A stretch of 64,000 bases of DNA, the filler included, from Globobulimina sp. (lineage: Eukaryota), in assembly GCA_003354225.1 (NCBI GenBank). It is 33 parts of 33 records of this genome, joined end to end, with 100 filler letters (N's around TTAATTAATTAA, not from the genome) between each part and the next. Parts side by side here need not be neighbours in the genome. Positions count along the whole stretch, not along the records: positions 58,286 to 60,126 come from PIVH01011335.1; positions 60,227 to 62,067 come from PIVH01011336.1; positions 62,168 to 64,000 come from PIVH01011421.1; 30 more parts are not named here. One strand, given 5' to 3'. The position numbers and the translations under genes were made by a program. Each line of letters starts with the position of its first letter. The first letter of the stretch is position 1. Below the pieces are notes generated by a model. That model did no database searches. It worked only from the letters and a program-made list of their open reading frames with translations, and was not told the DNA's origin. This document shows positions 58,753 through 64,000 of the stretch, piece after piece.

Positions 58753-60126
58753 ATGAAAATGGACAGTTCCTTCAGTTTGTACTGCTCAGCCATTGTATTC
58801 ATTGGATTCATATATTGCTCATTACCACTAATTATCATAGAAGTGATAAACCTCTCTCGATCAGAGTTATTGACGCATGATTTCTTTAAGAGTCGTAAGC
58901 CGATTATAAATATGTCATATATTTCATGTTGTTTATTTTTATTATATGTCTTTAATCCATTTACGTTATTTTTATCCAATATATTGCAGTTAAATTACAT
59001 TGTTTCATCCATTCTGATCGATATGTCGGACTTATTAATATTTTTATCATTTTTTATGAGAATATGGATATTGTGGTTTGAGAGGAACTTTGTGAGTCAT
59101 TTACAAAATTGGCTCTGGCGAAGAGAGATAAATGCCCAGGAAACAAGTTTGATGATTAAATACCGAAACATTTTACAATTGACCTCATTGCTAATTATCA
59201 TTTTGTACATTTCATTATTCGCTCCAATTTATGCCACATTACAAATATTTGCATACTTCTCGCTTATTCCAAACACCATTTATCTCATAAAAACAGTTAA
59301 TTAATTACAGCTTCCTCGATTTTGTTTATCTGATATATTAAAATACGGTTGTTTTTGTCTGAATAGCTTTTATTGATTACATTGTGGTGTTATACATTTC
59401 ATAGTGTCCGGAAACTGTATGTTGATTCGGATGAGTTCTGTGTTCGCAGTGAGTTATTATCATTACTTAAAACCGCCGGTTTATGCTATATTATGTCACA
59501 TGTTTTATATTTAATCATTAACAGCATTTTTGAGCAGAATATGTTAGCATTATTTATAAAGACAGCATTGTTTTGGACAACAAATATGTTTAGTTTATAT
59601 TATTCATATTATTGGATTAAAAAACGATGTTTATTTGCACGGAAATTGAAAGTCTTTCATCAAATTAAACTTCAGCCAATTACAACAAACTCATTTACTG
59701 CTTTGTTAACAAAACAAATCCAATTCGAAGAGGTATTAGTTATTTAATTTGTTCTTTTGATCAGTTTCTATGAAAAATATTAATACGCAGATAATGAACA
59801 CAAAGCAAGGAGTCATTGCGATATGTAACCATTTGATGAAGGAGCTTAGTTTGGAAAATATATTATTTGTATTGGAAATAACACAATTTAAGGCTGTAAT
59901 ATTAAGTGCCGCACACGGCGAGATTGTGGATAATATTTGTACATTATGCAAAATAAGCGATAATCACGCATTTTCATCCAAAATATTGGATATTTCATGG
60001 CTACCAATTGATGCTCGAATGCATTCCTTATCGGCATATAACATTGCTTTATATTTATATGACAAATACATTGAGGAAGCAGCAGATCTTTGCATTAATA
60101 TATCATACGAAGACAGAAAGAATATT
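58753..60126 (+). CDS. Multi-TM (7TM-like) protein with C-terminal RGS domain; introns; truncated
   Basis: TM helices followed by KELSLENILFVLEITQFK...LYDKYIEEAADLCINISYEDR. Confidence 0.8.
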
Positions 60127-60226
60127 NNNNNNNNNNNNNNNNNNNNNNNNNNNNNNNNNNNNNNNNNNNNTTAATTAATTAANNNNNNNNNNNNNNNNNN
60201 NNNNNNNNNNNNNNNNNNNNNNNNNN

Positions 60227-62067
60227 CGCTGCTATTAAGTGCAGCAATTGCCATGCTTTTATTTTCATCGATAGATTGAGTCAAAACAAAATGATCAAAA
60301 TCAACAATTGAATTGGAAATAAGTGCTTGTTCTTCTTGTAGACTTTCATTTAAATCGAAATCTCGTGTTCCAGGCACTATGCCCACACCATTCGTAACGT
60401 TGACTGTGTTGTATAGTTTGGTAGCTTCGATCACTAATTTCCTGCGTGCAGCAGAATGTCTTTTATAACCAAATGAATGCAATTCCTGTTCCAAAATCTG
60501 TCTGCTCACTTCACCCAACAATGTGCGTGTAGTCGTCGATAAAACTGGGAAAAATATCTCATTCGAATGTGCTAACATCAACGCAACCTCTTTAAAGGAC
60601 GACGTGTCGTTCAAATATCCATATTCGCGAATGTCAACCATCAAATCTGACGCTATAAAGGGTCGAATGGGCTTCGTGGCATAATTCGTGTGGTGTTTAG
60701 GGGTTAACGGCAACAATGGAATTCCTCGCAAATTCAAAATACTATCATACAGCGAGTCACTTTAAACAATTACATTCAACAAAAAGAGCAGATGCAAAGT
60801 GTATATACATATAATTACCGACCTTAACCCACTGGCTACGGTCCATGACACAATAACTCCCAACAAAACAGGCACGGATAGTTCAACAGATAACGTCATC
60901 TCAATCACAATCACCGCCACAGAAAAGGTTCTGGTCACTCCGCCAACCAAACTCGCAGCGCCCACCACTGCATAGGTAGCAGCTAACAACTTCGAATTGG
61001 ACCAGTTCATAATGGCAGAATTCAAGATCTCCCCAAACAACCTCCCCGTTGCCGCACCGATGGCAAACACAGACGCAAAGCAACCGCACGGCCAATCCAA
61101 CACCAAAAAGCAAATCGAAAAGAGGTAATTCAGCACTGTGAAGAAAAATAAATTCCAATATACACCCAAACCCTCGCCCCAATCTGAAAAGTTACAGTTA
61201 CTGTCTTCATCGCTGCAGTTCGCCAATGACTTCGCATTAAACAAATCCGAAATGGCCATACGTGACGGCTGAAATGCAAACTCGCCCAAAATAAACGCAC
61301 ACAGCACATACGTCGACGTCACAATGCCTGCCAACACATAGGCATTGTTCCAAAAGCCATTGCCGTACCTCGCGATTCGGGGCCTAGACAGCGTGAAGTA
61401 CGGATGCAACTGCACGTAGGCACTGCCCATCAGTCCCGATATGGCCCCCAAGATAATAAAAATGATAAACTCGTACGTTTTGTACGGCACTCCTTCAAAC
61501 GAAGTGTGCAGCAGTTGCAATGTCGTGGGCGCAATGGCCTGCACTATGATGGTGAACAGGGCCGCAAAGGTAGCGCACAAAAAGGCGCTCCAATAACTAT
61601 CAATTTTGTAGTAGTGATGAGTCACTTCGATGCTAAACAGCACGCCGCCGATGGGAGCTCCAAAGATCACGGCGATGCCGCAGGCGCAGGCCGCCGATAA
61701 CAGCATTTTGCGGTCAATGTGCTTGAACATGGACATTTTGGTCAGTTGGCGGCCAATGATGGCAGAAATGTGGATGACGGGGCCTTCAATTCCGATGGGC
61801 AGACCACTGCCCAGTGCACAAATCAGTGCTAGACTCTTGATGAAAAAGCCGCGAATGGAGAGGTATCTGCGGATCCATATGCCCGACAATATAGCTTTCA
61901 GTTCGGGGATGCCGCTGCCTGCAGTTTGCGGAGTGGTGATGGTGAAGAAGATGGCGGCAAACACGAAGCCGCATTTTAACACCAAGCAGCCCAGAAAAAT
62001 GAGTATCTCATCGTACATATTGTTGGTGTAGACATAGTTGATGACGCCCCAACAAAAGGAAGTCATT
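60227..62067 (-). CDS. CLC chloride channel with CBS domain; intron 60760-60822; partial
   Basis: GSGIPELK, GIEGP, FGAPIGGVLFSIEVT, and SLYDSIL after splicing. Confidence 0.93.
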
Positions 62068-62524
62068 NNNNNNNNNNNNNNNNNNNNNNNNNNNNNNNNN
62101 NNNNNNNNNNNTTAATTAATTAANNNNNNNNNNNNNNNNNNNNNNNNNNNNNNNNNNNNNNNNNNNNTAAAAGCAACTATGGATAAGAAACGATTACTAA
62201 AACCAATACCATTCACATTGAAATTAAGCGTAATTATTACAGGGCTGTACTTCATAGTGTACAAATGATTCCAATCCGCAATAATATACTTTACAAATAT
62301 GGCATATCTTTTTTTAAAAAACCTTAAATTGTGACTTAGTGAACAACAGAGTCACAAATGAAGCATTTGCACGTTCAATCATGGAGGTAGTACAAGAAAA
62401 CGAAGGAGAATACCGGTACAGGCGGTACCCAAGAAAGTATGCACAAAATCTATGCCAAAAAATAAAATACAAAATATAGTATAAAAATAAAAAAAATACA
62501 AGTCGCACCAAATCCAGTCCGCAA

Positions 62525-63950
62525 TTGCAAATTGAAGGAAATAGATCCTCCCCAAAATCACCAAGTGTACATATCGATGATATAGAAGGCGCACAAACAC
62601 GCCCCACCAGACCCAGTCCACCTAGACCCAGCCCACCACTATTTGTCCCAGACTATGATGAAGAGTCAAGTGATGAATATAACGACGACTTTGATCAGAA
62701 ACAACTAATGGAAGGCGACAATATAAATATTAATAATAACAATCACAATTCCGACAACAACGATTCGGATACAGATATTCTATCAAATTATTCTTCATTT
62801 CGACGACGACGACGTCCATCACCACCAATATCACCTGCTAAGATTAAAAAGGACAGAAAACGAAAACGAAAACGAAGACATAAACACCATAAACATGAAA
62901 ACAAGCGAAATAAGAAACGTCGCTCACAAAATGGCCATTATAATAACGCTCAGCCATCCAAAAAACGAAAAAAACACCACAATGACAACCTTCCTGTCGT
63001 AGATTGTATGTTACTTTCAACCATAATATACACACATTCGTGCTATTGATACATAGTAATATCAGAGGATGACACTCAATCCACAGTCAGTTCGTTTTCA
63101 AACAAAGACCATCCGATATTTATATCTGACGACGAGGACGATGACATGCAGCCATCTCCAAGTAATTACCTCCCACCATGCGACACGAAAATACATTTAA
63201 ACGGTACACGTATACATACAAAACAATTTTATTTTGTATTTGTATAAACTCACAATGTCAATACAGACAATAACAACAACCGCCAAGTAACCAAAACCAC
63301 CGAAAGTTGGGACGGATTACATTTAAAAAACGCCACTATTCGCGGACTAAAATTATTAACCGACCTAAACCTCCCACGCAAAGAAGGCAAGGCGTTGATT
63401 GAGAAAATAAGGCATGGGTTTTCCCATTTAATTGGCGAAAGTATCTCGTATTCTGACCGATTGACTGCAATGGTTATTGGCTTAATCGAAATCGTGGATC
63501 TTCAACACAACCATGACCATAATGGCTCATTTAGTGACTGGTTCGATGCCACCCGCAAACCGCAAATATTAGTAATTGCGCCACGAAGACACATGGCAAT
63601 GCAGGCGAGGAAAATGTTTATGCACATCTCGAAATTTTACCGCATGAACGCGTCCTGTCTGATTGGCGGCATATCCACACTGCAATGTATCCGTCGCTTA
63701 GCCTGCGGCGTACAGATTATTACAGGCACTCCCGGCAAACTTATGGATATGGTACAGAGGGGACATATGGATGCGGATTATTTGAGTAATTTGATTTGTG
63801 TGGCATTGGATGGTGCGGAGGAACTATATTCATCCATCTCTATGTGTCAACAAATGGATGTTATTAAGTCGTATGTGCTTTTTGTATTTGATTGTATACA
63901 ATATTTGATTATATTGTGTGTATTTGTGTACATGTTTATATTCAGAGCGA
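62525..63950 (+). CDS. Low-complexity N-terminus plus degenerate DEAD-box-like RecA domain; multi-exon
   Basis: Reading 63560-63830 gives ILVIAPRRHMAMQ, LIGG, IITGTPGKLMDM and VALDGAEEL. Confidence 0.6.
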
Positions 63951-64000
63951 TGCCGAAAAGAGAAATCCGTGTGTTGTCTATGCATAATATTATATTGCCT

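Overview
This window is not one locus. It is about 33 unrelated contigs of roughly 1.84 kb each, joined by 32 artificial 100-bp linkers (N44-TTAATTAATTAA-N44). Most contigs carry genes from an AT-rich eukaryote with short (about 60-100 nt) GT-AG introns. Pro/Thr-repeat surface proteins and other expanded families suggest a foraminiferan or other rhizarian, which is inference only. Recognisable eukaryotic genes include a TEY MAP kinase, a USP, gamma-glutamyl hydrolase, a BTB protein, MFS transporters, a PARP-like ART, a macrodomain, a Josephin-like protein, glyoxalase II, Furry/MOR2, a 7TM-RGS, a CLC and tRNA-Ser(AGA). Mobile and repeat DNA includes a LINE, a DIRS-like element and a 146-bp satellite. 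Foreign pieces are also present: a phage replication module (DUF2800 nuclease plus DUF2815 SSB), a Bacteroidetes phage-like contig, bacterial PKD and BatD fragments, and an animal (nematode-like) histone H4 3' end. Several contigs look chimeric. The four best leads are: (1) an 'inside-out' integron-like array in which whole genes sit between the two complementary arms of attC-like sites (27.2-29.05 kb); (2) a hairpin plus 7-nt-repeat leader on the phage SSB gene; (3) six head-to-head gene pairs separated by only 52-91 bp; (4) an H-S-E ART-like fold in a protist protein. All family calls come from motif recognition by eye, with no database search.
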